64,000 nt of DNA from Raja brachyura (taxonomy: Eukaryota): the NCBI GenBank assembly GCA_963514005.1, contig OY740781.1:65658001-65722000 (forward strand), in the 5' to 3' direction. The position numbers and the translations under genes are program-made. The stretch's first letter is position 1, and every line of letters starts with the position of its first letter. Shown here piece after piece: positions 1-12,457 of the stretch. The notes under the pieces are model-generated. The model was not told the origin of the DNA. It was given only the letters and a program-made list of their open reading frames with translations, and ran no database searches.

Positions 1-547
1 CAAAGTAAACACTAAGTAATATAATATTAACTTTAATTGCACAGACACACTTGTACCTGTCCCGTCCATTGGACAACAGTACTTCATTAAACTAAATGCA
101 GTACCCCTATCTGGAGGAAATAAAGGAAATTTGTAAAGGAAAGAGGGAAGCTGTAAATATGTAAAGATCAGATAGCATATGCTGGACAGAAAATGAGTTA
201 ACTTTTCACGTCATTAACTTCTTATTTGAATTGGAAAAAGTTGGATATAACAAAGTTTTAAGATGTCAAGAAAATGAATGTAAAGTGGCTGAGAATCAGA
301 GAATTGCTGATTATCTGAAGTTGCTAAACTCCACATCCATTTAGAAGGCAATAATGATAAAATTAATGTGTCCGTTGAGATAAATTCAAAGCACAGCACC
401 ATGTGAAAGATTAAAAGCCAACATTTCTTCTGTAATGGTTATATAAGTTGCTGAGAAACAATAGGAGATATACTATAGGTATTACATAGAATTTTAAGCC
501 TATTTAGAAAATGTCGTAAAGAAGATGAACTACTGAACTCTCTAATC

Positions 548-963
548 TAGGAGTTGGCAACCTACGGCCCCCAGGCCGAATGTGGCCCGTAACCCAAAAT
601 CATCTGGCCCACCGAGCGCCCGCCCCGAGCGTGGCCGGGCTCTGGCTGCACCACATCCTGCGCAAAGCCGCCAGCATGGCCGTGTACCTTCTGTGAACAC
701 TTTTGAGAAAGAACTGCAGGTGTTGGAAAGATCGAAGGGAGACAAAAATGCTGGAGAAACTCAGCGGGTGAGACATGCAAGGATTGCATGAGGCTGCCTC
801 ACCCGCTGAGTTTCATCTGCATTTTTGTCTACCTTCTGTGAATACGTGATTTGATGCCTGACATCCAGGGCAGGACCCATGTGTACACGTGATAGATGTG
901 GCCCGCCATCCGCTCACAGACATGCATCCCGGCCCCTATGCAGAACATGGTTGCCGACCATTG
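548..963. mobile_element. Non-autonomous hAT (Charlie-like) MITE, interrupted by a Penelope pLTR hairpin
   Basis: Termini taggagttggcaacc ... ggttgccgaccattg form imperfect TIRs resembling caggggtcggcaacc. 8-bp TSD ctctaatc (540-547) / atctaatc (964-971). Subterminal ggccc repeats. Confidence 0.8.
701..836. mobile_element. Penelope-derived inverted pseudo-LTR hairpin insertion
   Basis: gacaaaaatgctggagaaactcagcgggtgag ... ctcacccgctgagtttcatctgcatttttgtc are inverted arms. Flanking direct repeat taccttctgtgaaYac at 685-700 and 830-845. Confidence 0.75.
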
Positions 964-1761
964 ATCTAATCTTCTAAACATTGAAACAAACACAAAAATT
1001 CTGGTTCTCTAATACAAAGTTTACTTCTATGCGGGCTTTATTTTGGAGGGAGTGTCCAGAATATATTCAGTCATGAAGTACACCATTAAACATAAAATTT
1101 TTCATGAATGTATGATCCTAGCATGTACTACATGCACAGAATTTGAGTAGGTGTTTTCAGATAGACTGACAATGAAACGGCCAGTGAAGCAAAGTTTGGA
1201 GAATAAACTGGTCCAGAGCAACTCTACAGCTTCCATTTTTATTATTCAAAGGACACAAGAATAAGCTGAAATTAATTCAAAATTTAAAAAAAAGTAACTT
1301 CCAATTTAACAAGAAAGATAAACATTTCATGTTTTATTTAGTTATTAATAATAAGTTATCTTTTAAATGTTTCTAAACTATAAATCAGGTGGAATATGCT
1401 GCCTTATGTTCAGAAGCTGAGAGAAACCTACTCTACCTTAACATTAAACATGAGAAACCAGAAGCAGTTCTACTGAACCATTAGACTCCTCATCCAAGAA
1501 ATGTTTTTGGATGATGCTGAGTATAGTTGACATTTGGGATTTGAAAGGTTTTATTATGCATATTTGATAAGCAAAGAGGGGTCTGTTGAAATTTACGTTT
1601 TATCAAGCCTCACTTGCACACTTTGACAATTACTCTCATTAACTACATTTGTCCTGCCACAAGCTATTACATTTATTTATTTAACACCATAGTCTCCAGT
1701 TAACATAATTTTCGGATGTGCATGGTACCTCAACCGTCAAGAAGTAAGTGTATTAAAATAA

Positions 1762-1852
1762 GTCGAAAGAAGGGTACCATCCCAGAATGTAGAGTCCGAA
1801 GAAGGGTCGTGACCTGATTTGTAAATCAGCATCTGCAGTTCCTTGTTTCTAC
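1762..1852 (+). mobile_element. Degraded Penelope pLTR fragment
   Basis: Two decayed gaagaagggtc..acc motifs followed by cagcatctgcagttccttgtttc, matching the pLTR end seen elsewhere in the window. Confidence 0.6.
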
Positions 1853-2318
1853 TTAAAATAATATTGTTTGGTACAATGTGCCACATTAGATTTTAATGCT
1901 CGATTGCCAGTTGAAATTTCACCTCAACAATCGTTTTCAAATTTTTGAATCATCAGTTGGATAAAATAGACATTTCTTTTCATTCCATGTAACATTCACT
2001 GCTTCCACTGTCTATAATCACTTCCTATCATCGGGAATTTGACCCCTCTCTTTGTAATCAACCTAAGCTGTATTTCCTATGTTAACAGCCAATGTCACCT
2101 GGTTCACAGTTTGCAACCATAGTCCCTGAGCAAGATATCGAAATGATGCTGAAGTATTGTTGAAGTCAGAAAGTGTGTAAAAATAATATGCATAGGGTTA
2201 AATTAAAAAAATTCAAATAGATAGTTACACAAAAGATTTCACTAGACATTGATTTCAAAAGCAAATTTGTGCAATAGATATTGGGTTCTGTACAAATAAT
2301 ACAGTTGACTACAAATGT

Positions 2319-2622
2319 GGGTGGCATGGTGGCACAGCGGTAGCATTGCTGCCTCACAGCTCCAGTGACCCAGGGTCGATCATGACTACGGGTGCTGCCT
2401 GTATGGAGTTTGTACATTCTTCCCGTGACCTGCGTGGGTTTTCTCCGGATGCTCTGGTTTCCTCCCACACTCCAAAGACGTACAGGTTTGTAGGTGAATT
2501 GGCTTGTGATAAAATTGTAAATTGTCCCCAGCATATGGAGGAAAAAGTTACTGTGCGGTGAACGCTGGTCAGCGTGGGCTGAAGGACCTGTTTTCTTGCT
2601 GTATCTCTAAAGTAACTAAAGT
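2319..2622 (+). mobile_element. tRNA-derived V-SINE (HE1-like)
   Basis: tRNA-like head ggtggcacagcggtag...ggtcgatc, V-domain tgcgtgggttttctccgg..gctctggtttcctcccacactccaaagac, CR1-like tail gctgtatctctaaa. Confidence 0.85.
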
Positions 2623-2632
2623 ACAACCTATG

Positions 2633-2765
2633 CTCTGAAGAAGGGTCTCGACCCGAAATGTCGCCTATCTCCTTCGCTCCTTAGATGCTGCTGCACCCGC
2701 TGAGTTTCTCCAGCTTTTTGTGTAACCCTCGATTCTCCAGCATCTGCAGTTCCTTCTTTAACACT
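2633..2765 (+). mobile_element. Solo Penelope pseudo-LTR with hammerhead motif and 3' tail
   Basis: Nearly identical to the 3' end of the Penelope copy (13650-13744), extended by the tail gattctccagcatctgcagttcct. Confidence 0.85.
2635..2662 (+). ncRNA. Minimal type I hammerhead ribozyme motif (Penelope-associated)
   Basis: CUGAAGA-A-GGGUC(UC)GACCC-GAAA-UGUC. Core and stem II are intact; the ACGU palindrome is changed to AUGU. Confidence 0.6.
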
Positions 2766-3518
2766 CCCTCTTTGTAGGTCTTTCAGCGCTGAACCTTATC
2801 ATTAATAAAAAGAACATACATTTGAAAACCTTTCCTTAGATATTCATTAATAAGCGTGACAAATATCACAGCTATTCATCCTACACTCAGGTGTGTTGCA
2901 TAGCAGTCACTCTTCATATTAAAGCTCCAACTGTTGCTGTGTACTGTACTTATCTCAGATGACCAATGATTCGTTAAATCAATATTCACATCATATCATC
3001 AACTAATATGGCGCTCTCCACCATTTGTATCATGTCTTTGCTCAGTTTCTTGTTGCAACTCAGTTTTCAAACCAGTCCAAAGTAGGATCTTTACCTCAAG
3101 CTGGGGTTTCACATTAAACAATCGAGAAAGGATGGCACAAGGAATACATAAGTCACACAACTTGCATATTTCTCCAATATTTGTCAATTAGGAAATGCAA
3201 TCGGTGCCAATCATTTACATTTAATCTCAAAACCAAACAATGTACATTACATAGCAAGGCCATTAGGTTCATTGTATCAATGCTAATGTTTTACTAGGGC
3301 AATCAAAAATTGAATATATCAAAACTAATCACATGATCCTGCTACTTTTTCTTCTTCAGCAGTCCCTCAGCACTGTGCATGATTTGTGCCCTCAACAATT
3401 CTCTGGTTCTGAAGTGAATAATGAGGCCCATGAGGAACTCACAGTGTCTGCAACAGAGGGACAGACAACCATCAGTTGGGAAAATAATTTGGAACGTGGT
3501 GACATCTTTTGTCATTTA

Positions 3519-5093
3519 CAGTGCATTCAGAAAGTATTCAGACCCCTTCACTTTTCCACATTTTGTTACGTTACAGCCTTATTTTAAAATGGATTAAATT
3601 CAATGTTTTTTATCATCAATCTACACACAAAACCCCAGAATGAAGAAGCAAAAACAGGTGTTTAAAATTTTTTGCAAAGTAATTAAAAATAAATAACTGA
3701 AATATCACATTTACATAAGTATTCAGACCCTTTGCTATGACACTCAAAATTGAGCTAAGATTCATCCTGTTTCCATTGATTATCCATGAGATGTTTCCAC
3801 AACTTGTTTGGAGTCCACCAGTGGTAAATTAAACTGATTGAACATGATTTGAAAAGGCACACACCTGTCTATATAAGGTCCCACAGTTGACAGTGCATGT
3901 CAGAGCAAAAACCAAGCCATGAAGATGAAGGAATTGTCCGTAAACCTCCAAGACAGGATTGTGTTGAGACACAGATCTGGGCAAGGGTATAAAACAATTT
4001 CTGCAGCATTGTCATTCTTAAATGGAAGAACTTTGGAACCATCAGGTCTCCATAGTGCTGGCCGCCCAGCCAAACTGAGCAATCGGGGGAGATCGGGGGA
4101 GAGGGTCTTGGTCAGGGAGGTGATAAGATGGTCACTCTGACATAGCTCCAGAGTTCCTATGTGGAGATGGGAAAACCTTCCAGACGGACAACTATATCTG
4201 CAGCATTCCACCAAACAGGCCTTTATGGTAGAGTGGCCAGACAGAAGACACTCCTCAGTAAAAGGCACATGACAGCCCGCTTGGAGTTTGCCAAAAGGCA
4301 CCTAAACAAGATGCTCTACTCTGATGAAACCAAGATTGAACTCTTTGGCTTGAATGTCAAGCGTCACGTCTGGAGGAAACCAGGCACCGCTCATCACCTG
4401 GCCAATGCCATACCTACGGTGAAGTAGGTGGGGATCATGCTGTGGGGATGTTTTACAACGTCTGTAACTGGGAGATTAGTCAGAATCAAGAGAAAGATGA
4501 ACGGAGCAAAGTACAGAGAGATCCTTGATGAAAACCTGCTCCAGAGCGTTCTGGACCTCAGACTGGGGCAGAGGTTCACCTTCCAACAGGACAACGACTC
4601 TAAGCACACAGCCAAGACAATGCAGGAGTGGCTTTGTGGCAAGTCTGTGAATGTCGTTGAGTGGCCCAGCCAGAGGCCAGACTTGAAACCCATCAAATAT
4701 CTCTGGAGGGATCTGAAAATAGCTGTGCATCGACGCTCCCCATCCAACCAGAGCTTGAGAGGATCTGCAGAGAAGAATGGGAGAAATTACCCAAATACAG
4801 GTGTGCCAAGTTTGTAGCGTCATTCCCAAGACGATTGAGGCTGTAATCGCTGCCAAAGGTGCCTCAACAAAGTACTGAGTAAAGGGTCTGAATACTTATA
4901 TAAAGGTGATATTTCAGTTATTTCTTTTTAATTACTTTGCAAACATTTTTAACACCTGTTTTTGCTTTTTTATTTTGGGGTATTGTGTGTAGAATCATGA
5001 TAAAAAAATGAATTTATTCAATTTTAGAATAAGGCAGTAACGTAACAAAATGTGGAAAAAGTGAAGAGGTCTGAATACTTTCTGAATGCACTG
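3519..5093 (+). mobile_element. Tc1-family (IR/DR type) DNA transposon, full length, frameshifted transposase
   Basis: TA-CAGTGCATTCAGAAAGTATTCAGACCCC ... GTCTGAATACTTTCTGAATGCACTG-TA, long TIRs with an internal direct repeat. Transposase pieces MKMKELSVNLQDRIV, GRPAKLS, SDETKIELFG, FQQDNDSKH, WPSQRPDLKPI. Confidence 0.97.
3919..4877 (+). pseudogene. Tc1 DD34E-type transposase pseudogene
   Basis: ORFs 3919-4140, 4161-4427, 4428-4817 and 4661-4846 are consecutive transposase segments broken by indels and stops. Confidence 0.93.
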
Positions 5094-5127
5094 TATGTTG
5101 GAACTGTGTGCTCCCAATGAATGACTA

Positions 5128-5468
5128 CAAAGTATGTAGAGGTGTTCAAAATCATGAGAGGAATAAATTGGGTAGATGCACAGTGTCTCATGCCCAGAGT
5201 AGGGGAATCTAGGACCAGAGGATATATGTTCAAGGTGAAGGAAAAAAGATTTAATAGGAATCTGAGGGGTAACTTTTTCACACAAAGCATGGTGGGTTTA
5301 TGGAACAAGCTGCCAGATGAGGTAGTTGAACCTGGGACTATCCCAACGTTTGGAGGGCTATGGACCAAGTGCTGGCAGGTGGGACTAGTGTAGCTGGGAT
5401 ATGTTGGTCGGGGTGGACATGTTGGGCCGAAGGGCCTGTTTGCACACTGTATCACTCTGTGACTCTGG
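5128..5468 (+). mobile_element. CR1 (HER1-like) LINE 3' fragment
   Basis: VFKIMRGINWVD..RTRG..FFTQSMVGLWNKLP C-terminus, plus the 3' UTR gggccgaagggcctgttt and (ctctgtga) tail. Confidence 0.9.
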
Positions 5469-5474
5469 CTCTAA

Positions 5475-6055
5475 AGGGCCTGATCCACTGCAGGGACCTA
5501 ATTTGCGAGTTTAGAAGAGTTTAGGACAGTTTAAAAGTGCCATGGTCTTGTTGATCGCCGAAGTAGAACACCTCCTATGACTTCCTTCGACTATGTAGAG
5601 AACCCCCTACGAATATGTAGAAGACCTCCTTCGAGTATGCAGAAGACCTCCTTCAATCTCCTTTGACCTCCTTCGACTATGTTGAAGACTAGCTTCAGGA
5701 AAATTGGACACCGAATAGTGGAGAGTGAAGATGACCACCTTTGACTACCTACGACTATACTAACACTATCTACGACTACCTTCGATTACCTTCGATTGCC
5801 TACGAATAACATGCCGACCTACTACGACCTACTTCGACTAAACCTACGAGTAAAAAAAGTATCGATTTTTTCCATGCTGACCAATTTTTACTCGCGGACA
5901 ATTTTCAGCATGCTAAAAAATACACCTTGACCAAACTGAGGCCTTGAGTATGCGGAAACTTCTCTCGAGCATGAAGGAGAGTTACATAGACCTCCTAGTT
6001 TGAGTCGAGCGCAAACTCGTCTAAACTCGCACATTAGGTCCCCTGGCCAGGCCCT
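5475..6055. mobile_element. PIF/Harbinger-type MITE with internal tandem repeats
   Basis: TIRs agggcctg ... caggccct, with subterminal gacctaatttgcgagtttaga / tctaaactcgcacattaggtc. TAA TSD at 5472-5474 and 6056-6058. Internal arrays of cctccttcgactatgtagaaga and cgactacctt. Confidence 0.8.
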
Positions 6056-6064
6056 TAAGTCTCT

Positions 6065-6380
6065 TTTAGTTTAATTTAGTTTAGAGATAAGGCATGGAAA
6101 CAGGTCCCTTTGGCCCACGGAGTCCACACAGACCATCAAATACCCGATCAGACTAGTTCTGTGTTATTCCACTTTCACATTCACGCACTACACTGGGGGC
6201 AATTTACAGCGGCCAATTTACTCAAAAAACTTGCACATCTTTGCCAGATGCCAAAACACAGGGAGGAAACCAATGTGATTACTGGAAGAACATGAAAACT
6301 CCACACAGACAGCACGCGAGGTCAGGATCTCTAGAACTATGAGATCGCAGCTCTGCCAACATGCCTCTTGTGCTGCCAAG
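6065..6380 (-). mobile_element. V-SINE, diverged
   Basis: Reverse complement of a V-SINE: tttagtttagagat tail, ggaaacagg..cc, aaactccacacagacagcac..gaggtcaggat. Confidence 0.75.
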
Positions 6381-6419
6381 GTTCTCATCCCTGTCATTCC
6401 TTATCTATTTTGGGTGGTC

Positions 6420-6800
6420 AAGGATGAGGGATACCCATCAATGATTGAAGATATTACATTTATTCCAAGGAGGATTTGAGAAAATCCTTGAATCCTAGAA
6501 TTACCTGTCCTCTTGCTGGAAGAACGTCAAAATAAAATATTAAGTGTGAGGTGATGAACATGTGAGGAACATTTGCTGCCCTTAGGAACATTTGCGTGTC
6601 ATGAGGGTCTATGGGAGAAGATACGGGTGTCAGATTACTTATCCTGCCAGTAGACATGGAGGACATTGTGGAAACCATGTTCGTGATACCTATCCAATGT
6701 ATTGTGGTGCTAGCAGTAGGTACGTTGGAAGCATTAAAGAGCAAATGCATCTTGAAATGGGAGAAAACATGCCGAGTGATACAAAATAGTATAAGCGATC
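6420..6800 (-). mobile_element. Ancient RTE-clade LINE remnant
   Basis: The minus-strand peptide LPARGQ..FKDFLKSSL resembles RTE GGQxKRFKDxLKASL. The segment ctactggcaggataag resembles the RTE IxWQD motif. Confidence 0.5.
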
Positions 6801-6969
6801 CAGCAAATTATAAATAAAGTCATACAAGACAGGAGGTTATGAAGGACACTGTTTTTAATTCCTTTCGCCAGATGTGCACCTTGTTAGAAATGTGCATGGA
6901 TTGTGCATCACTAACTGCAGTTGAGTGTCAAATTCACCGATGAATCTGGAGCTCTGTATTGAGTAGATT

Positions 6970-7122
6970 TCCTCAAATGAAGCACATCACTGGATCAAAA
7001 GCATGACAATCCTGTGGTCATCGTTAATACTGACTAATTATTTTTTTTAACTGAATTTAAATTCTACAGCTGTCATGTTGGGCTTTGAACTTCGTTCTCT
7101 GCATTATTCATCCAGGCCTCTA
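6970..7122 (-). mobile_element. Old tRNA-derived SINE fragment
   Basis: aactgaatttaaattctacagctgtcatgttgggctttgaact...tccaggcctc reads as a reverse B-box plus body similar to chondrichthyan SINEs (recalled). Confidence 0.5.
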
Positions 7123-7124
7123 AA

Positions 7125-7900
7125 TTCTGCTGGAGGAACTCAACGGATCAGGCAGTCTCAGTGGAGGGAAATGGACAGACAATGTTTTGGGTCAGAAGAA
7201 CTCTTCTTCAAAACTGGAATAGAAGGGAGAGAGCTGACAGAAAGAGGTGAGGGGAAGGGGTGCGACAACACCTGGTAAGATTAGGTGGATTTTATGTATA
7301 TCCTGGTAAGGAGAGGTTTGCAGATGAGTCAGGTGGGGGAGAGACGGATGGAGATGATCACACGGCCTACAGTTGACAAGTGGAGAAGACAAAAGACTGC
7401 AGAAGGGGGAATCTGAAGGAGAAATGTAGACCCAGAGGGAGGATTGTGCGCAGATGGGAAAGAGGATCATAGAGGCAATCAGTGTCATACAGAAGAACTG
7501 CGGGAACAGAGGAGGCACGAGGGAAGTCTCCATTTACGGCAGCAGGAGGGCCATGTTTACCGAAGAAAATGAACCAAGATTGGCCTAGAGTGGAAAGTCT
7601 TATCTTAAGAGTGGCTTCAGCGGAGAGGAAGAAATTATGAGAAAGAGAGAGGGTGCGAAAGGTATAGTCTAGGTCGCCCTTGGTGTCAGTGTGTTTGTAC
7701 CAGATGTGTGCGGATAGTCTGTCTCTTGAGATGCAGACAGAGATCGAGAAAGAGACAAAAAAGTGAATTTGAGGGCAGGGTGGAAGTTGGTGGGGAAGTT
7801 GATAAGATTGAGGTAGCACCAATGCAGCCGTTGATATAGTGGAGAACGAGTTGAGGAGTGGTGCCAGCATACGTTTGGAATAAGGAGTGTTCAACATAGC
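7125..7900 (-). mobile_element. Old Penelope-like element fragment (RT piece plus pLTR)
   Basis: Minus-strand GYVEHSLFQTYAGTTPQLVLHYINGCIGATS is the PLE RT YIDD region, degenerate. Reverse pLTR at 7125-7215. Confidence 0.75.
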
Positions 7901-8785
7901 CTTTCAGGGGCCTGAATACATGCACCTCCTCCAAAATTGTCTATTGCATTCTGTGCTCTCAATGTGGCCTCATCTACATCAGTCAGACTGACCATAGACT
8001 AGGCGACTGCTCCGCCAAATACCTGTGCTCTGATCACCAAGGCTATTGGAGTAGTTGGATGCAAGCCTCTTTAAATACTTTCCCTTCTCATGCCCACCTC
8101 TGTATCCTCAGCCCCCTCCACTGCCATTATGGGGCCACACGCAAAATGGAAGAACAGCATCTCATTTTGGGTATCCTATAACCCAATGGATGAATATTGA
8201 ATTCTCCAATTTCAAGAAACACCCTATCCCCTTCTTTTTCCTTCTGATATACCCCTGTCCTCTCATGCACACGTTTCATTCTGCTCCCCCCCCCCCCTCC
8301 CCCCCCCACTCTCATCACACCGTTCCTTTCCTATCCTCCACCTCCTACTTCAACCCGCAACACACCCCTTACAGGTCCCTTAATCCTGACTCCCACTTCC
8401 CCATTCCCATCTTTACACAGTTCCTCCCTTTAGTTCTGCATGTCACTCGTCACCATCCTTTCTTGTCAAATTCCACCAGCTGCCGCCTTCTGTCTTGTTG
8501 ACTTGTCATCTCAAGCCTTTCAGTACCTGCGCCTTTCTTTCCCCAACTTGACAACTAATTTGCCAATCAATCCAACATTACATGGATCCACCTATTAATC
8601 ACCACCTCTTGCCGCAACCCTTCCCCTAACTTCTTCCTACTAGCTCCAGTTTTGAAGAAGGGCCCCAGACCCAAAATATTCTCTACCAATTCCCTCCGTA
8701 GATGCTGCCTAACCAGCGAGTTTCTCCTGCAGTTTGTTTTTCTTTTGCTCAAAATTCCATCATCAGCAGTCTCTTGCATCTTCTC
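7900..8785 (+). mobile_element. Old Penelope-like element fragment (GIY-YIG, pyrimidine-rich UTR, pLTR)
   Basis: tgcacctcctccaaaattgtctattgcattctgtgctctcaatgtggcctcatctacatc aligns with TSSNLIYCIRCSRCQLIYIG of 12964-13428. Ends with ttgaagaagggccccagacccaaaa and catcagcagtctcttg. Confidence 0.8.
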
Positions 8786-9290
8786 CGCATTTTTAGTCTG
8801 GTAGCTACTTTGCTCTTATTGTAGAATATTACTTATCCTGGAGGAGAGCATAGCTTCACAACTTTCTAGCAGTTTCCTCTTTGATTATCGACAAAATCTT
8901 TTAATTCTAAATTGATATAAATCATTTGGATTAAAATCTTTGCTTCACAAGGGATTGAACTAATTCCTCAAGTCCAAACCTCTGGATTTTAATCTGCTAA
9001 ATTGCTTGCATGCTTCCACATTCAACCAATGTTCAGCCGAGCTGTTATTTTAAATTCATTGGAGGTCAGACAGGATGAATGGATTTGGCAAAATTAAAGA
9101 CATTTACTCACTAGAATGAGCTTGTGGTTACAGCTGTGGTGCCGGAGGCTTGTAAGGTTCCTAATGTGGTCCTGCTGTTTAAATAAGAAGAAAGGGATAC
9201 TCTACATCCACGCCAACCCGTCATTCTGATATCAGTAGTCTTTAACTTGTTGGATATATGAATTGAGGGTGCGTTAAAAAAGAACAGTCA

Positions 9291-9512
9291 AGGGCCTGGG
9301 CATCTTGGGCATCATTTGCGCGTAATTTACCAACTTCATTTACGCGTCACGATGCACGACACGACGCATTACACTTGGGTGGTGCGCATTACGCGCGCAT
9401 GGTTCATGGTGATGTAGGCAATGACGCACAGTTCCCCAGGATTTTGATATGTACAAAAACTTCAGGTGCCATCTGTGCGTCGCGCAAATGACGCCAAAGT
9501 GGGACAGGCCCT
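9291..9512. mobile_element. PIF/Harbinger-type MITE
   Basis: agggcctg..cttgggcatcatttgcgcg / cgcgcaaatgacgccaaagtgggacaggccct TIRs, 3-bp TSD tca on both sides. Related to 19652-20128. Confidence 0.8.
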
Positions 9513-9559
9513 TCAGATCGTGTCTGATAAAGTTAAAATGACGTAAAATGGCTGAAAAG

Positions 9560-10200
9560 GGCATCGTGGGTAGACTGAGTGGTAAAGAAGGCTTTTGGTA
9601 CTGAGTGCAGAAGTTGTGATGTTATGTTACAGTTATACAACATGTTGGCGAGGCTACATTGGGAATATTGTGTTCAGTATTGGTCACATTGCTGTAGGAA
9701 GGATGTAATTTAGCTAGAAACAATGCAAAGACTATTTACGGAATGTCGCTGGATCTTAAGCACTTGAGCTATGGGGAGATGCTGGGGAAGCTTGGACTTT
9801 ATTCCTTGGAGCGCAGGAGGTCGAGGGGTGACTTTATAGAGGTGTATAAAATCATGAGGGGAATAGATAGGGTGAATCTACAGAGTCTTTTATCCTGGGT
9901 AGGGAAATCAAATCCTAGAGGATGTAGGTTTAAGATGAGAGGAGCAAGAGTTAACAGAAATTTGAGGAACAATATTTTCCCTCATAGTGTGATGGGTATA
10001 CTGAAAGAGCTTCCAGAGGAGTTAGCTGAGGCACATACTATAACAGTATTTACAAAACACTGCCAGGTACATGCATAGGAAAGGTCAAAAGGGATGTGGG
10101 CCAAATGCAGATAAATGGGACCAGCGTAGATGGGCCATCTTGGTCAGCATGGACAAGTTAGGTCAAAGGGACTGTTTCTGTGCTGTGTGACTATGATCAA
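9560..10200 (+). mobile_element. CR1 LINE 3' fragment
   Basis: LSYGEMLGKLGLYSLERRRSRGDFIEVYKIMRGIDRV and a CR1 3' UTR. Confidence 0.88.
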
Positions 10201-10227
10201 TGAGTAACTGCAGAAGAGCATTGATTT

Positions 10228-10895
10228 TTGTGGTGCACGTCCACATGTCCTTGAGGGTAGCAGCACGTGTAGGGTAATTAAAATGCAATACTGGACATTT
10301 GCCTTCATTGTACACAACACGAGCAGGAAAGTCATGCTTGAACTGCACGAAACACTTGACATGCCATGGCCTGAATTATGTGTACATTTGAGGTTACCAC
10401 ACTGCAGAAAGGACGAGACAGGATTTGAGAGTATGTGGATGAGGTTTATGAGGATGTTGCCAAGGCTGGAGAATTATAGCATTGAGGAGAGACTCACTCG
10501 ACCACCGTAATTTTCATTTGAACAAAGGATATCAAGAGGCATTAAATTGAGGCGGAACAACTTCCCTGAACATAGGAATCAATAACTTGTGGATATTGGT
10601 GCACATTCATTGGTAGAAAGATTAGACAGGGAATTGGGGGAAAGAATGCTTCACTCAATGTGTACTGGGTGCCCAGAACTCACTATCAGAAAGACTGTTT
10701 TAGCAACATTAGCAAAATCTCTGACCACATCTTAAAAATACTGTACCTGCATATCCACTTGATTAGCCTTGTAATTCACAAAGCTAGAGCCCTAGATTTG
10801 GGAAATGGAATAAAGCCCAACTTAATTTTCAGTTGGCATGGATATGATTTGTCAAATTAGCCTCCTCCTGTGCTGCTAATATTTATGATTGTGCG
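10228..10895 (+). mobile_element. Degraded CR1 LINE 3' fragment
   Basis: AFI..SRKVMLELHETL..RFMRMLPRLENYSIEERL. Confidence 0.7.
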
Positions 10896-11214
10896 ATTAT
10901 AATAATCAGAATGTATCAATGAGCTTTATGTAGCTTTCATCTGTGAGGGAGAAGCAGAAGTGGCATTTTGCTGCTAATTACAGTTCTCAACCACACTCCT
11001 GTGATAAATAATGAAGCAGAAAAACATTGTTTTACTATCTTAGTGGAGGAAGTGCCTCTCCATATAAACAAATACTTCTCAGAACTTGTGTGAAGACTAG
11101 CTTCTGCAGAGCCAAAGACTTGGAATGCCTGCTTACGTCATGGAATGGGCTGGCCAAATGATTAAGAATAAAGCAAATAACTCATTATCACAGAAATCTA
11201 ACATGAAAATCTGG

Positions 11215-11355
11215 GACAAAGTGCTGGAGTAAAGTCAACAGGTCAGGCAGCATCTCTGGAGAATATTTGATAGGTGATGTTTCGGGTCAGGATTCTTCTG
11301 AAACGTCATCTATCCATATTCTCAAAAGGATTCCTTCCAACGTCATTTGTTATTT
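11215..11355. mobile_element. Degraded inverted Penelope pLTR pair
   Basis: gataggtgatgtttcgggtc ... gaaacgtcatctatc are inverted arms. Confidence 0.6.
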
Positions 11356-11439
11356 TAGAGTCATAGATTCAAAGAGAGATACAACACAGAAACAGTCCCT
11401 TCAGTTGTCCATGCAGACCATCAAACAATGATTTTAACT

Positions 11440-11562
11440 GATTTAAGTGTAAATTGTACCTAGTGTGTGTAGGCTTGTGTTAATGTGCGTGGATTGTTGG
11501 TCGGTGTGGACTCGGTAGGCCGAGGGCCCTGTTACTGCGCTGTATCTCTAAACTAAAACTAA
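11440..11562 (+). mobile_element. V-SINE 3' half
   Basis: gtaaattgtacctagtgtgt...gggccctgttactgcgctgtatctctaaactaaa. Confidence 0.7.
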
Positions 11563-11789
11563 CTACAGCTTCTCCCTATCTGTTTTCTGCGTAAACAATT
11601 GCCTCCAATAAGTGGAAGGAAGTTAAACAGATTCCATTTAGGTAGTGATTTGGATTGTGTGCTAAGTGCAAATGCAACTAACTTTTTTGTGGTGTCACAG
11701 GAACTGTAGAAGCAGTTGAAAGAATGTTAACTCGCTATAATTGAATAATTTATGAACACTGTTTCCAAATTTAGCCCCTTACTATACTC

Positions 11790-12455
11790 TCTATATAATC
11801 ACAACTGTGCAGCCAAATTCACTTTTAACTCCATTGACACTCCATTTTCTCCTGCACTTCTTTGGTAGCTTAGGGATCTTTTTCTTGCTCTTTTGTATTT
11901 TACTTTTTTTTTCTTCATTCTTTTCTTTCTTCTTGATTGTTGTCCTTTTTTTTCCTTTTTGTTTAATTTGGGTTATAAGCTTAAAAATGAAGCTGTACAA
12001 TAATTGTATAACTGCTAAGGCGGTCGTCTTATCCTTGTACAATTGCTTCTAATAAAATAAATTAAGAGCACTGCATTGACAAATTTGCAGATGACACCAC
12101 CTCAGTGGGCCAGATCTTGAACAATGACAAGTTGGAGTATGGGGAGCTTAATAACATGGAGTTAAAGAGCTTAGTAACATGGTATCAATACAACAACCTC
12201 ACCTTCAATGTCAGCAAGATGAAAGAGCTAGTCATTGACTTCAAGAAACACGGTGCAATACATGCTCCATCTGCATCAACAGTGCTGAAGTGGAGATGGT
12301 CAAAAGCTTCAGGTATCTGCGCATAAATATCACCAACAATTTGAACTGGTCCAACTACATTGATGCTATGGCCAAGAAAGCATACCGATGCTTGTACTTG
12401 CTCAGAAGACGATGGAAGTTTGGTATGCTTCTAATGACTGTTATCAACTTCTATA
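11790..12455 (+). mobile_element. Rex1/Babar LINE RT fragment, interrupted at 11840-12069
   Basis: KFADDTT, WYQYNNLTFNVSKMKELVIDF, SFRYLRINITNNLNWSNYID..KKAYRCLYLLRR. Confidence 0.8.
11840..12069 (+). mobile_element. Short T-rich retroposed 3' end (L1-like 3' UTR)
   Basis: 12-bp TSD actccattgaca (11828-11839) / actgcattgaca (12070-12081). AATAAA and an A-rich end. Confidence 0.65.
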
Positions 12456-12457
12456 TA

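Noticed and set aside
2319-2400. tRNA gene-like A/B boxes (also at 22636, 24130, 47615)
   Set aside because: These are SINE heads continuing into the V-domain; no complete cloverleaf.
5570-5850. Regular short repeats resembling a CRISPR-like array
   Set aside because: They are tandem degenerate 10-22-bp units with no unique spacers, inside a TIR/TSD-bounded MITE in a eukaryotic context.
11791-12052. Lys-rich and Phe-rich membrane-like ORFs
   Set aside because: They are translations of the T-rich retroposed insert.
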